The notes below the pieces were generated by a model, which searched no databases, had not been told where the DNA came from, and worked only from the letters and a program-made list of their open reading frames with translations. From Candidatus Bathyarchaeota archaeon (GTDB lineage: Archaea > Thermoproteota > Bathyarchaeia > Bathyarchaeales > Bathycorpusculaceae), in assembly GCA_963832745.1 (NCBI GenBank), contig CAWHVC010000003.1, positions 384,001 through 448,000 of the forward strand: a DNA stretch of 64,000 bases, given 5' to 3'. Position 1 is the first letter of the stretch; the number at the start of each line of letters is the position of its first letter. Positions 50,664 through 60,908 of this stretch are shown one piece after another. Both the position numbers and the translations under genes were made by a program.

Positions 50664-51917
50664 TTGATGTCGCAAGAACAAACACCCTTAAGCGTAGCCC
50701 AAACCCAACTCAGGCTCGCAGCCAAAAAACTTCACCTTGACGCAGGCATGCATAAAATGCTCAGCCAACCAAAACGCACACTCACTATCAGCATTGACGT
50801 GCACATGGATAATGGCAGTATCGGCGTCTTCAGCGGCGTTCGTGTGCAGCATTGGGATGTTTTGGGACCGTTCAAAGGCGGATTGCGCTTTTACCCCGGT
50901 ATAACTATAGAAGAAGTCACGGCGCTTTCGATGCTTATGACTTGGAAATGCGCGATTGCTGGGATTCCGTTTGGCGGCGCCAAAGGCGGCATCTGCGTTG
51001 ACAGCAAAAAACTCAGCAAACATGAACTTGAACGAATAACAAGACGTTATGTCAGTTTAATCTACAATTATTTAGGACCTCACCTTGATGTTCCAGCGCC
51101 AGACATGTACACTGACCAGCAAACCATGGCGTGGATAATGGACACTTACAGCCAATTAACCGGTTACAGCGTACCAGAATGCGTTACAGGTAAACCAGTA
51201 GAAATCGGCGGCTCCGAAGGAAGAACCGAAGCCACTGGACGTGGAGTAATTCATTGCATGCGTCAAGCTGTAGAAAACAATGGCATAAAACTCAAGAACG
51301 CAAAAATTGTCGTTCAAGGTTTTGGAAACGTTGGCTACCACGCAGCAGTCGCAGCACAAGAATTGGGATGCAAAATCGTTGCAGTAAGCGATTCCACAGG
51401 CGGAGTCTACAATCCCGATGGTTTAAACCCCCAAGCGGTTTTAGCTCATAAGGAGCAAACTCAAACGGTACAGAACTACAAGGACTCAAAGAGCATAAAT
51501 AACGAGGAGTTGCTTGAGTTGCCTTGTGATGTTTTGATTCCTGCGGCGTTAGAAAATCAGATTACATGCAAAAACGCTGACCAAATCAAGGCTAAAATGA
51601 TTGTTGAAGCCGCCAATGGACCGACCACACCTGAAGCTGACAAAGCATTATACGAGAAGGGTGTCTGCTTAATTCCAGACATTTTGGCTAATTGTGGAGG
51701 CGTTACAGTTAGCTATTTTGAATGGGTACAAAACTTAACTAGAGAGTACTGGCCGCTTGATTTGGTTAACCACAAATTGGAAGATAAAATGACCAAAGCC
51801 TTCAACGATGTTTACGCTCTTGCAAAGAAGGAGAACAGCGATTTGCGTACTGGTGCGTTGATGCTTGGCGTAGGCAGAGTAGCGGAAGGGGTTAAAATGC
51901 GGGGACTATGGCCTTAA
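50664..51917 (+). CDS. gdhA: Glutamate dehydrogenase (Glu/Leu/Phe/Val family)
   Basis: KGGLR, MTWKC, GGAKGG, DVPAPD, GFGNVG, EAANGP, SYFEW. Confidence 0.95.
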   Translation: MMSQEQTPLSVAQTQLRLAAKKLHLDAGMHKMLSQPKRTLTISIDVHMDNGSIGVFSGVRVQHWDVLGPFKGGLRFYPGITIEEVTALSMLMTWKCAIAGIPFGGAKGGICVDSKKLSKHELERITRRYVSLIYNYLGPHLDVPAPDMYTDQQTMAWIMDTYSQLTGYSVPECVTGKPVEIGGSEGRTEATGRGVIHCMRQAVENNGIKLKNAKIVVQGFGNVGYHAAVAAQELGCKIVAVSDSTGGVYNPDGLNPQAVLAHKEQTQTVQNYKDSKSINNEELLELPCDVLIPAALENQITCKNADQIKAKMIVEAANGPTTPEADKALYEKGVCLIPDILANCGGVTVSYFEWVQNLTREYWPLDLVNHKLEDKMTKAFNDVYALAKKENSDLRTGALMLGVGRVAEGVKMRGLWP

Positions 51918-51934
51918 CCTTTAACTTTCAGTTT

Positions 51935-52192
51935 TTAACCCCATAAATCGTCGGGAATCTCTGTTTCTGCGTCTTCGTTAGAAATGTATTCAACCGCGAT
52001 TTGCTTGTAATCGCCTACGTATTTGGCTTTAATTCGGTCAACAAGCTTTCTTATGTCTTTATCATGATCTAAAACAGCAAGATTCATAACTGCAACCCAT
52101 TCATCAATATATTTGCTGGATAGTTTGTCATAATTATCTATTATCCAACGGTTGTTTTCTTTAAAGCTTGAAAACCTTTCAGTCATATCCAC
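51935..52192 (-). CDS. DUF5678-like small protein
   Basis: W..NY..L..KY.DEWVAV. Confidence 0.7.
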   Translation of the reverse strand: MDMTERFSSFKENNRWIIDNYDKLSSKYIDEWVAVMNLAVLDHDKDIRKLVDRIKAKYVGDYKQIAVEYISNEDAETEIPDDLWG

Positions 52193-52377
52193 GCACGGTT
52201 ATACTTAACTTTTGATGCTTTAAATTGCTTGCCAAAACTGTCAGCAATATGCAAAAAAACATCATCAAAAACAAAATCGAGCATAAGGACAATTCTTTAC
52301 TTTTTTAATTTTTTTGTTAGAAAACCCTTAAAGGTGGTTCTTGCGTTAACTGTTGAATCCCTAAAGGGCAAAACAGT

Positions 52378-52947
52378 TTGAGAGGGAAAAAAGGGATGCC
52401 AGCAAACATTGGAATATTGGATTTTTGTTACGAGAACTCGTTAACTACTGTTGTTGCCAACCGTAACTTTGCTGAAATGAAACTGGCAGGCTTAAATGTG
52501 GGCCCATTTGATGAGGGCAACGAGTACCAAGTCTACTACTGGATAGCTAAAGAGCTTAAAGAAGCAGGCATAGTGCACCTACGCGAAGAAGAAGTGTTAG
52601 ACGCAGGAAAACTGTACAAAGTGCAGTGGAAAGAAGGCGTTCAGATTCCAGGTATGATTTCAGAGTTACCGCAAGATTTTTACCCTAAACTACGCAGGTA
52701 CCTAGCCTTTGCCGAAACTGAAGCGGTTCAACCAGAAAAAATCCAAGAATACCACAAAGCCAAAGCATTAGCAAAAGACATAATCAACTCGCGTCTCAAA
52801 AAAATTATCGCGTTGTCATCAGCTTCTGCCCAAAGCGACCAAGTGCTAAAAAAATTAACCAGCGAAGAAAGAATTATCTATGACCAGCTTGGCAAAATAA
52901 TTTCTACTTGGAAAATCCAGATCCTTCAAAAACAAGAAAAAAAATAG
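52378..52947 (+). CDS. GINS complex subunit (Gins23/Psf2-like)
   Basis: YWIAKEL, LPQDFY, R.KKI, LTSEE; directly upstream of MCM. Confidence 0.85.
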   Translation: MRGKKGMPANIGILDFCYENSLTTVVANRNFAEMKLAGLNVGPFDEGNEYQVYYWIAKELKEAGIVHLREEEVLDAGKLYKVQWKEGVQIPGMISELPQDFYPKLRRYLAFAETEAVQPEKIQEYHKAKALAKDIINSRLKKIIALSSASAQSDQVLKKLTSEERIIYDQLGKIISTWKIQILQKQEKK

Positions 52948-52959
52948 GCGAAACCTTGA

Positions 52960-54996
52960 ATGGCTAAAGATGTTGAACTGATTGATCCACAAGAACGATT
53001 CTTAGAGTTCTTTAAGAAAGAAAAGTATAGAACTAGAATTAGCCAATTAGCCATTACAGGAAAAAGCAGCGTCACAATCGATTTTGATGAACTTTACAGT
53101 TTTGACCAAGCCTTAGCCGAGCAATTGCTTAACAAACCTGAAGAGTACATGCAACACGCAAGCAAAGCATCGTACGAGCAGTTAAGAATTGAGGATGCCG
53201 AGTTTGCGGAAAAAATAGAAAAAATCATCATACGCGTCACCAGACTTCTGGGCAAAGAGGTACTCCGCAAACTAGGCTCTAAAAACATGGGCAAACTAAT
53301 CCTTGTTGAAGGCATTGTTGTCCGCGCCACACCCGTCCGCCCAATGGTTCAGCAAGCAGCGTTTAAATGCAAACGTTGTGGAACTGTAATGAAGGTTGAG
53401 CAAACAGGACAATTCCTTAAAGCGCCAGCAATCTGCATGGCACCTGATTGCGGCAAGGACGGACCGTTTGAGTTTGCCCAAGAAGAATCTACATTCATTG
53501 ACTCCCAAGACCTAAGGTTGCAGGAAAAACCAGAAGATTTGCCGCCTGGACAGTTACCCCGAACTTTAGCTGTCAAACTAATTGGCGACGAAATCGTTGA
53601 CTTAGCCCGCCCTGGAGACCATGTTTCCATCGTCGGCATAGTCCGTGCTCATGCGCCTTCACTAATTGGCATGGGAAAACTACGTACATTCATCCTTCAA
53701 CTTGAAGCCAACTCTGTTGAATTATTAGGCAAAGAACCAGAAAGCTCTCCACCCTCACCGGAAGAAGAAGCAAAAATCCTTGAACTTTCACGGGACCCTT
53801 ACGTTCACAAGAAAATTATGAGTGCTATTGCACCCTCAATTTTCGGCAATGAGCACTTAAAAGAAGCTGTCATGTATCTGCTTTTTGGTGGAGTTTCAAG
53901 AAGTCTGCCGGACATGATGGTAAGAGGCGAAATGAACGCGCTCATCATCGGTGACCCAGGTACCGCCAAGTCACAGTTACTCCAGTACGTTTCCCGCATT
54001 GCCCCAAGAGGCTTGTACACTTCAGGCAGAGGCACCACCGCCGCAGGTTTAACCGCAGCCGTAGTTCGAGAAAAAGGAGGTTCAATGTCGCTTGAAGCAG
54101 GCGCACTTGTCTTGGCAGATAAGGGCATTGCTTGCATCGACGAAATGGACAAAATGCGACCTGAAGACCGAGTTGCCATCCACGAAGCCATGGAACAGCA
54201 CACCGTTTCAGTAGCTAAAGGAGGTATCGTCGCAACTCTAAACGCTCGCACGTCAGTTCTGGCGGCGGCTAACCCATCACTTGGCAGATATGAACCGAAC
54301 CGTACAGTAGCTGAAAACATTTCCTTGCCAGTCACTATCCTTTCACGTTTTGACTTAATCTTCGTGCTCCGCGATGTGCCCAACAAGGAGTCGGACAGCA
54401 GAATGTCTGAGCACATTTTGGAAATTCACAGACGTGGCATCAGCCCAGTTGAATCGCAAATCGACCGCGAACTATTACGAAAATACGTCAGTTACTCTAA
54501 GAGCGTGTATCCAGCTTTAAGTCCTGAAGCCTTAAAACGGTTAAAAGAGTTCTATTTGGCTATGCGTAACGCCAGCGAGACGGAAGGCTCTCCCGTTGCT
54601 ATTACCGCCCGTCAACTTGAGGCTTTGGTTCGGATTGCTGAAGCGCGTGCACGTGTTGCGTTACGTCCAGAGGTTACGGCAGAGGATGCGGAAGCTGCAA
54701 TTGCAATTATGAAGAAATCACTTGAAGAAGTTGGAATTGACTTATCATCTTTCAAAGTGGACATTGACATCATCATGACCGGCAGGCCTAAAAGCATTAG
54801 GGACCGCTTACACATTGTCCTATCAGTGCTCATGGATATGGAAAAGCAGACAGGCATTGTTGAAAGAGACGCGTTTGTCAGTGAACTGGAAACCAAACAT
54901 AAGATTCCCAGAGGCGAAATTGAACGCATGATAAGCCAACTTCTCCGTGAAGGCACCATCTATGAGCCACGCGAAGGATGTCTCAAGAAAACTTAG
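52960..54996 (+). CDS. mcm: MCM replicative helicase
   Basis: Zn finger, GDPGTAKS, IDEMDKM, LSRFD; no intein. Confidence 0.98.
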   Translation: MAKDVELIDPQERFLEFFKKEKYRTRISQLAITGKSSVTIDFDELYSFDQALAEQLLNKPEEYMQHASKASYEQLRIEDAEFAEKIEKIIIRVTRLLGKEVLRKLGSKNMGKLILVEGIVVRATPVRPMVQQAAFKCKRCGTVMKVEQTGQFLKAPAICMAPDCGKDGPFEFAQEESTFIDSQDLRLQEKPEDLPPGQLPRTLAVKLIGDEIVDLARPGDHVSIVGIVRAHAPSLIGMGKLRTFILQLEANSVELLGKEPESSPPSPEEEAKILELSRDPYVHKKIMSAIAPSIFGNEHLKEAVMYLLFGGVSRSLPDMMVRGEMNALIIGDPGTAKSQLLQYVSRIAPRGLYTSGRGTTAAGLTAAVVREKGGSMSLEAGALVLADKGIACIDEMDKMRPEDRVAIHEAMEQHTVSVAKGGIVATLNARTSVLAAANPSLGRYEPNRTVAENISLPVTILSRFDLIFVLRDVPNKESDSRMSEHILEIHRRGISPVESQIDRELLRKYVSYSKSVYPALSPEALKRLKEFYLAMRNASETEGSPVAITARQLEALVRIAEARARVALRPEVTAEDAEAAIAIMKKSLEEVGIDLSSFKVDIDIIMTGRPKSIRDRLHIVLSVLMDMEKQTGIVERDAFVSELETKHKIPRGEIERMISQLLREGTIYEPREGCLKKT

Positions 54997-55006
54997 ATGA
55001 ACCGCC

Positions 55007-56098
55007 ATGAAGCCGATTGTAGTAGTCACAGGTACAAGGCCAGAAATTATTAAAATGGCACCCGTAATTCGCGCACTGCAAGCAGCCGGTTTGCCGTACG
55101 TGTTTGTTCATTGCGGCCAACATTACGATTATAACATGGCTCAACAGTTTATCGAAAACTTAGAGTTGCCAGCGCCAGACTTTAACCTCAAAATCGACGC
55201 CACCTCACCCGGAGGACAAACGGCTGACATCCTGAAACAGTTTGATAAGCTACTTGTTGAAGTTGACCCATCGATTGTTCTTGCGGAGGGTGATACTAAC
55301 ACGGTTTTGGCAACTTCACTTGCCGCAAACAAAAGCAGAGTTAAAGTGGGGCATGTTGAGGCGGGTCTTAGAAGTTTTGACTTACGCATGCCTGAAGAGC
55401 ACAACAGGCGCTTAGCCGACCACATTTCAGATTACTTGTTTGCGCCAACCCCAAGAGCCAAAACCAACTTAGAAAAAGAGAACGTTTGGGGCAAAACATT
55501 CGTTACAGGCAACACGGTCATCGACGCTGTTAACCAACATTTACCCATGGCGCAAAAAAAGGCAACCATCCTTAATCAGGTTGCTTTTGAACAATTCGCC
55601 TTGGCTACGGCGCATCGAGCAGAAAACGTTGACGATTTAGCAGTGCTTAAAACCTTCATGGAAGTCTTCGCTGAGTCACCATTGCCAATTGTTTATCCCA
55701 TGCATCCTCGAACAAAAAAACGTCTGCAAGAAAGTAGCCTCTACGACAAAGTTTTAGCTATGAAAAACGTGCTTGTCCTGCCACCATTGGGGTATCTTGA
55801 TTTTCTTGCACTCATACGCCGATGTGACGTGATTATTACTGATTCAGGAGGCATTCAAGAAGAGGCAACTGCGCCCAGCATACGAAAACCCGTCTTGGTA
55901 ATGCGTCTATCAACAGAGCGGCCTGAAGCGGTAGAAGCGGGTTTTGCAAAAATTGTGGGCACCGAGAAAAAACAGATTCTTTCTGCGCTTAACAAGTTTG
56001 ACAGTTGGGGTAAGTTGCCGAGTGTTTCACCTTTTGGAGATGGAACAGCTGCCAAGCAAATTGTGGATATCTTGAAAAAAGAATTTGTTATTAGTTAA
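55007..56098 (+). CDS. wecB: UDP-N-acetylglucosamine 2-epimerase (non-hydrolysing)
   Basis: GTRPE, GQH, HVEAGLRS, TDSGGIQEE. Confidence 0.96.
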   Translation: MKPIVVVTGTRPEIIKMAPVIRALQAAGLPYVFVHCGQHYDYNMAQQFIENLELPAPDFNLKIDATSPGGQTADILKQFDKLLVEVDPSIVLAEGDTNTVLATSLAANKSRVKVGHVEAGLRSFDLRMPEEHNRRLADHISDYLFAPTPRAKTNLEKENVWGKTFVTGNTVIDAVNQHLPMAQKKATILNQVAFEQFALATAHRAENVDDLAVLKTFMEVFAESPLPIVYPMHPRTKKRLQESSLYDKVLAMKNVLVLPPLGYLDFLALIRRCDVIITDSGGIQEEATAPSIRKPVLVMRLSTERPEAVEAGFAKIVGTEKKQILSALNKFDSWGKLPSVSPFGDGTAAKQIVDILKKEFVIS

Positions 56099-56112
56099 AG
56101 TTGGAAAAGAGT

Positions 56113-56889
56113 TTAGGATATGTAGGTTGTTTTCTTTTCGTCTTGCTTCTTTGTTTCTTCTGCTTGCAACACACGTTTCTCTTCGATTGCCTGTAAACGT
56201 GTAACCATGGTTTCTGCACGCGAGATTTCCTCGTTTAACCCGTTTAAGTCAACGTCAAAGTTGAAGGTGCTCTTTAAAATTTCAAGCACACTTTTTGCAG
56301 CTAACGGGTCGGGAAGGTAACCACGTGTTTCACCTAGCAAGCATAGTGCATCAATTTTTTTGAATTTGGACAAGCCTAAGATTAAGCCTGCGGTGCCAAC
56401 AATTGGACTTCCTGAAGTGCTTAAGGATGCGCCTGCGGCTAAGGATTTGTCTATTACAGTTTTAGAGGTGGCGGCGACAAAAACTTTTGGTTTGTCTTTT
56501 GCTTCCATACGGTATCCCCCGATGGTTGCAACTGTTTGAACATGGTTTTTCTCTGCATAGTCAAGCATGCGGTCGGCGATTTCGTATTGACCTTCAATAG
56601 TTTGTGATTGGCTGTCACCAGTGAACAGGATTAAGTCGCTTGCGTCTTCTTTTGGGTTTTTCCAGTAATAGAATGCGCCCCGTAGTAAACGTACATTACC
56701 TTTTTTGTTAACTAAAACAAAGTATGGAAAATGTGGTGAGTACAGGTAAGCGATTTTTTGGGCTTTAAGCTGTTTAATTAAGTAGCGCATGGCGATTTTG
56801 CCAACTAAGCCTAATCCTGGAAGTCCTTCGATTAAGACTGGATTGTTAGGGTGGATTTCTGTGAGTTCTTTAATGTAGGTTTCTTTCAT
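56113..56889 (-). CDS. PAC2 family proteasome assembly chaperone-like protein
   Basis: EGLPGLGLVG, GDSQ, LLGET.GYLPDP. Confidence 0.92.
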   Translation of the reverse strand: MKETYIKELTEIHPNNPVLIEGLPGLGLVGKIAMRYLIKQLKAQKIAYLYSPHFPYFVLVNKKGNVRLLRGAFYYWKNPKEDASDLILFTGDSQSQTIEGQYEIADRMLDYAEKNHVQTVATIGGYRMEAKDKPKVFVAATSKTVIDKSLAAGASLSTSGSPIVGTAGLILGLSKFKKIDALCLLGETRGYLPDPLAAKSVLEILKSTFNFDVDLNGLNEEISRAETMVTRLQAIEEKRVLQAEETKKQDEKKTTYIS

Positions 56890-57056
56890 TGTTCTTCGCT
56901 ACCTCTTTTCATTGCCATACGATATTTTAGGTATTTATCGTCTGGCGAAAACTTTGCTGGATGAGGAATCTTTACAGGACCACTACAGTAAGGACACGCA
57001 GTCTTGTTTAACGTGTAATGATTGCAGTTAACGCATTTTCTAAGTTGCCATACCAA
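56886..57056 (-). CDS. nop10: H/ACA RNP protein Nop10
   Basis: RKC..C..YTL...CP.C..PHPAKFSPDDKY; start corrected to TTG57056. Confidence 0.95.
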   Translation of the reverse strand: MVWQLRKCVNCNHYTLNKTACPYCSGPVKIPHPAKFSPDDKYLKYRMAMKRGSEEQ

Positions 57057-57057
57057 A

Positions 57058-57843
57058 CTATTTTTCCCTTCTAAAAGTGCCTTGCCCGCCTGCTTTAGTA
57101 ACGTTTGACACGACACTTAGAGCAGCCTTCTCAAAGACATCCTCAGCTTTCTTGTAGTTTTCCGCTCGAGCTTCAATACTGTATTTTGGCGCAGCGATAA
57201 CGTAAAATTTTACGCTGGCTGCACGGATTTTTTCTGCCTTTGCGGCTTGGAATGCTTCTTTAATTACTTTTACACCATTTGGTTTTGTGCATCTGATTTC
57301 AAGGATGCCTTTAACCTTAACCATTTTTACGTGAATGCGGTCTTCAGCTACTTCAGCAAAAGCTTTAGCAATATTTTCAGGAACACCGATTTTAACTAAA
57401 GCTTCAGGTCCGTCTTTAACTGCTTTTTCAAAGCCCTCGTAAATGCCGAACTTTTCGTCAATTTTTTCGGCGGCTTGCTGGTAGAGTTCATCAACGCTTA
57501 AGCTAACTTTAGCTGCGACTTCGCGCAGTAAGGCTTCGCCTTTGCGTTCTTTTTTCCATAACATGATTTTTTCGATACGTTCACGTTTGGTTACTCGACG
57601 TAGTGAAAGGTCGATGTGCCCTTTTTCGGAATCTACACGTAAAACTTTTAGGACAACTTTTTGTCCTTCGCGCACAAAATCGCGGATATTACGAATCCAA
57701 GAAGAAGAAATTTCTGAAACGTGTAGTAAACCACGTTTTTCGAATTCGTCGAGTTTTGCGTAAGCACCGTAGTCAGTAACAGTCTCTATCGTAGCTATTA
57801 CTAACTCGCCATTCTCTGGCCATTCAGGCTTACGCTCCGCCAT
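57058..57843 (-). CDS. eif2a: Translation initiation factor aIF2 alpha
   Basis: S1 domain LLHVSEIS, IDLSLRRV, AAPKY. Confidence 0.97.
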   Translation of the reverse strand: MAERKPEWPENGELVIATIETVTDYGAYAKLDEFEKRGLLHVSEISSSWIRNIRDFVREGQKVVLKVLRVDSEKGHIDLSLRRVTKRERIEKIMLWKKERKGEALLREVAAKVSLSVDELYQQAAEKIDEKFGIYEGFEKAVKDGPEALVKIGVPENIAKAFAEVAEDRIHVKMVKVKGILEIRCTKPNGVKVIKEAFQAAKAEKIRAASVKFYVIAAPKYSIEARAENYKKAEDVFEKAALSVVSNVTKAGGQGTFRREK

Positions 57844-57860
57844 TTTGCACATTCACTCTT

Positions 57861-58058
57861 TTATTCTAACGCGGACAGTATTTCGCCGTTGATTTTTGCT
57901 TTTCCGCCTGAGGGTGCAGCTAAGGTTTCGTTGCATACGTTGCAGGTTACTTTGTTTGTGGCGTGGCTGAACACTAATTGTTCATTGCCGCATTTTAAGC
58001 ATTTGACACGTAGGAAACTGCTGCTTGGTTTGGGGATAAGCTTGTTCCATTCTGACAT
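57861..58058 (-). CDS. rps27e: Ribosomal protein S27e
   Basis: FLRVKCLKC..VFSHA..CNVC..GGKA. Confidence 0.97.
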   Translation of the reverse strand: MSEWNKLIPKPSSSFLRVKCLKCGNEQLVFSHATNKVTCNVCNETLAAPSGGKAKINGEILSALE

Positions 58059-58080
58059 AACATTTTACTCCTTTTAAAGT

Positions 58081-58356
58081 TTAAACTAGGGCTAGTTTTC
58101 GTAGCCTTATTCCATCTTTGTGGCGCATGTAACCGCATTTTTTACATTTCAAACGTAAAGTTTGTTTTTTGGTTGTTTTGGCGAATTCATGTTGTAGTGG
58201 ATATTTTTGTCCACCGTAGCCTTTCTTTTCTCTATCGTGGTGGCGTTCGCCTTTAGCCATGGCTCTACGTTTTCCAGCCTTGTATAGGGTTACATTGTGA
58301 GCTTCATGATCTTTACATTTTGGACAGTAAGTCTTGACTTCTTTAGGAACGTTCAC
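58081..58356 (-). CDS. rpl44e: Ribosomal protein L44e
   Basis: TYCPKC..H, GYGGQ, KTTKK..LKCKKC; start GTG58356. Confidence 0.97.
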   Translation of the reverse strand: MNVPKEVKTYCPKCKDHEAHNVTLYKAGKRRAMAKGERHHDREKKGYGGQKYPLQHEFAKTTKKQTLRLKCKKCGYMRHKDGIRLRKLALV

Positions 58357-58473
58357 TTTGTTCACTACCAGCTTTAGCTTTGCATAAAAGTAACGCACAC
58401 ATTCTTATACTTTTTCGCTGACGAATTTTAAAAAGTAACTCACAGGTAACACTTTAACTATCAATTTTTTGTT

Positions 58474-58580
58474 TAGAAGTTGTTGCCGCAGAGCCTCTTA
58501 GCACAACAACAACCAACAGACTTAGTTAACGTTTGTGTTTTGGGCTTTGCTGTTTTAGGGGGTTTCAGGCTGGTTGTGGC
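58474..58580 (+). ncRNA. Candidate structured RNA (long irregular hairpin)
   Basis: TAGAA/TTCTA, TGCCGCA/TGTGGCA, GAGCCTCTTAG/TTAGGGGGTTTC, ACAGAC/GTTTGT pairings with several G-U pairs. Confidence 0.3.
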
Positions 58581-58629
58581 ATGTTCTACAAGTATATGGA
58601 TCCAATAATTGTAAATAGCCAACCGTCAT

Positions 58630-59475
58630 ATGGCTGATAGGGAAATGAGCATGTGCGTTGAAGAGATTAAACCAACCTCATGGCAAAAACTTGTTAACGA
58701 ACTTTTCAGGGATTGCGCCTTACAAGAACATATTATGCGGTACCGATCTCTTTACGCATATCGAGGACTTTCCGATAGCACTTATACCTTAAAAACCTCA
58801 CTGATACGCCTGCACGACAAAAACATTAATTGTTGTCAAAAAGTTGAGCCGCATCTTCTTAAAAATTTTATGAAATACTCAAGGGAGGATTATCCAAGCT
58901 ACTCGAAATGGCAATGGCTAGCACTTGCCCAACATCATGGCTTACCAACAAGATTACTAGATTGGACTTTTTCTCCTTTTGTTGCGTTACACTTTGCCAC
59001 TGCCGACAGCAAAAAATTCGATTGCGATGGTGCAGTATGGCTTGTCAACTTCGAAAAAGTGCATAAAGAATTGCCTACAGAAATATATAGCCAATTTGAT
59101 AAAGAAGGGTCATATGTCTTTACCGTCACATCTCTCTCAAAGATAGCAAAAGATTTGGAAACATTTGACAAGATCGATAATAAGGGTAAGCCATTTGCCT
59201 TATTTTTTGAGCCACCATCACTTGATGAACGAATTGTAAATCAATCTGCCTTGCATTCGATTATTTCCAGCCCAACAATGCGATTTGATGAACTCTTAGA
59301 GCAGCATCCTAGTTGGTACAAGAGAATAATTATCCCTAAGCAACTAAAAGCTGAAATTAGAGATAAACTTGACCAAGCGAATATAACAGAAAGGGTTCTA
59401 TTTCCAGGACTAGATGGATTGAGCAGTTGGTTGTCAAGATGGTATGGACCCAGCTATTTAACGAGTTTGCGCTAA
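58630..59475 (+). CDS. FRG domain-containing protein
   Basis: AYRG, AQHHGLPTRLLDWT..P.VALHFA, RIVNQSA, LFPGLDG. Confidence 0.93.
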   Translation: MADREMSMCVEEIKPTSWQKLVNELFRDCALQEHIMRYRSLYAYRGLSDSTYTLKTSLIRLHDKNINCCQKVEPHLLKNFMKYSREDYPSYSKWQWLALAQHHGLPTRLLDWTFSPFVALHFATADSKKFDCDGAVWLVNFEKVHKELPTEIYSQFDKEGSYVFTVTSLSKIAKDLETFDKIDNKGKPFALFFEPPSLDERIVNQSALHSIISSPTMRFDELLEQHPSWYKRIIIPKQLKAEIRDKLDQANITERVLFPGLDGLSSWLSRWYGPSYLTSLR

Positions 59476-59743
59476 GTCTTTCCGTTAGTCCAAATAGTCA
59501 AGTTATCATTTGCCTATACTGCTTAGAATCCTTAACCATAAGGGCTAGAACGCCAGTGACATGATGATACAGACAAAATCCACGACAACACCTAAAATAA
59601 CATTTGACTATCCTGTTGTATAAAATTTACAGATATATCCGACAAGATTGGAGTTACAAAGATATAACCCAAATAGGCAAACACAGCCTAATGCTGCCTT
59701 CATACTTATTTTTTCGGGTTCATAGACTATTAAATGTCTATTT

Positions 59744-60769
59744 GTGAATAACAGTAAAACTAATAATAGAACTAACGTTAATTTGCTTTTTATGAAACTA
59801 AACGAACTTGAGGAGTACTTACAACTAATTTTTGACAAGGAAATTAGCGATCAAAAATACGAGAAAAAGGACCTATTTAATTGCCCTAGCTTAGACCTTA
59901 CAAAACCCATTGTTTACCCTAACGGTCAAACCCTTGTGGATTTATTTTCGAACGTTAGCAATGAAATAGAACTAAATAAAAGGGTTCTCGAGAGACTTAA
60001 GAAAGAAATCATCAAAGCCCCAGAAGAGCAGAGTGCATCGGTGATGACTTATACATTTTATTGTGGAATTTCCCCTCTTTGTTTTTTTGCCTTAATAGAA
60101 TCAGGTTTTGTGAATGAAGCCATAGATTGTCTAAATCTAAGAATACAAACCTCGTATGGTATAACTAGATTAGTAAATATATATTTAGAAAAAAACATCT
60201 TTAATTACGATCAGTTAAACCATCTGGCAAAGCGATATAAAGACCCAGATTATTCCAGAAAGATCTTGGATAAAAAGTTTAACATTTTTAAAAAACAGCT
60301 AAAAACTATCAATTTAGAGATAAATCAGGACAAAATAATCGTTTCACAAAAAATTAAAAACTACGGATTCAGCGATAAATATAATGAGTATCTCAATTTG
60401 ATAGATGAATTTATTCGAACTGATGCTTCAAAAGTAATGAATGCAGGTATGATTAGCACTCTCAGATCATTCATGGCTGAGTTAATTACTGACATTGCAA
60501 ATAGAATCGCCTTTTACGAAAAAGAGACAATTCCAAAGTATGAGGGGCATCAAGAGTTGGGCAATATTAGAATTTACTTAAAAAAGAAGTTAGAACTGAG
60601 TGAAAAAGACCACAAGCTCATCAATGCTATTGTCGAAGTCTTACATGAAGAGGGCGCACATTCTATGATGACAAACAAAGAATATTTTCGGCTTTCAAAG
60701 AATATTGTGATAGAAGTAGCCCTTTTTATATTATTAAAATATGAGCAGAAATACGGAATAGCGAAATAG
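59744..60769 (+). CDS. Hypothetical protein, C-terminus Abi_C/HEPN-like
   Basis: AT-rich ORF (likely start ATG ~59792); helical C-domain LRSFMAE...HEEGAH. Confidence 0.55.
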   Translation: MNNSKTNNRTNVNLLFMKLNELEEYLQLIFDKEISDQKYEKKDLFNCPSLDLTKPIVYPNGQTLVDLFSNVSNEIELNKRVLERLKKEIIKAPEEQSASVMTYTFYCGISPLCFFALIESGFVNEAIDCLNLRIQTSYGITRLVNIYLEKNIFNYDQLNHLAKRYKDPDYSRKILDKKFNIFKKQLKTINLEINQDKIIVSQKIKNYGFSDKYNEYLNLIDEFIRTDASKVMNAGMISTLRSFMAELITDIANRIAFYEKETIPKYEGHQELGNIRIYLKKKLELSEKDHKLINAIVEVLHEEGAHSMMTNKEYFRLSKNIVIEVALFILLKYEQKYGIAK

Positions 60770-60908
60770 TAGTCCTTAAGTTACAAGGTAACTCGCTCAT
60801 AAGTGGTATCTACGATACATCTCAAGTTAATTTTCTCCTTACAGAGCGACGATAAGTTACTATATGCTCGCTTACTATAAGAGCAAAATAAAGTGATTTA
60901 AAAAAGTT

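Noticed and set aside
52960-54996. Intein in MCM or RFC
   Set aside because: Protein lengths are standard and motifs contiguous
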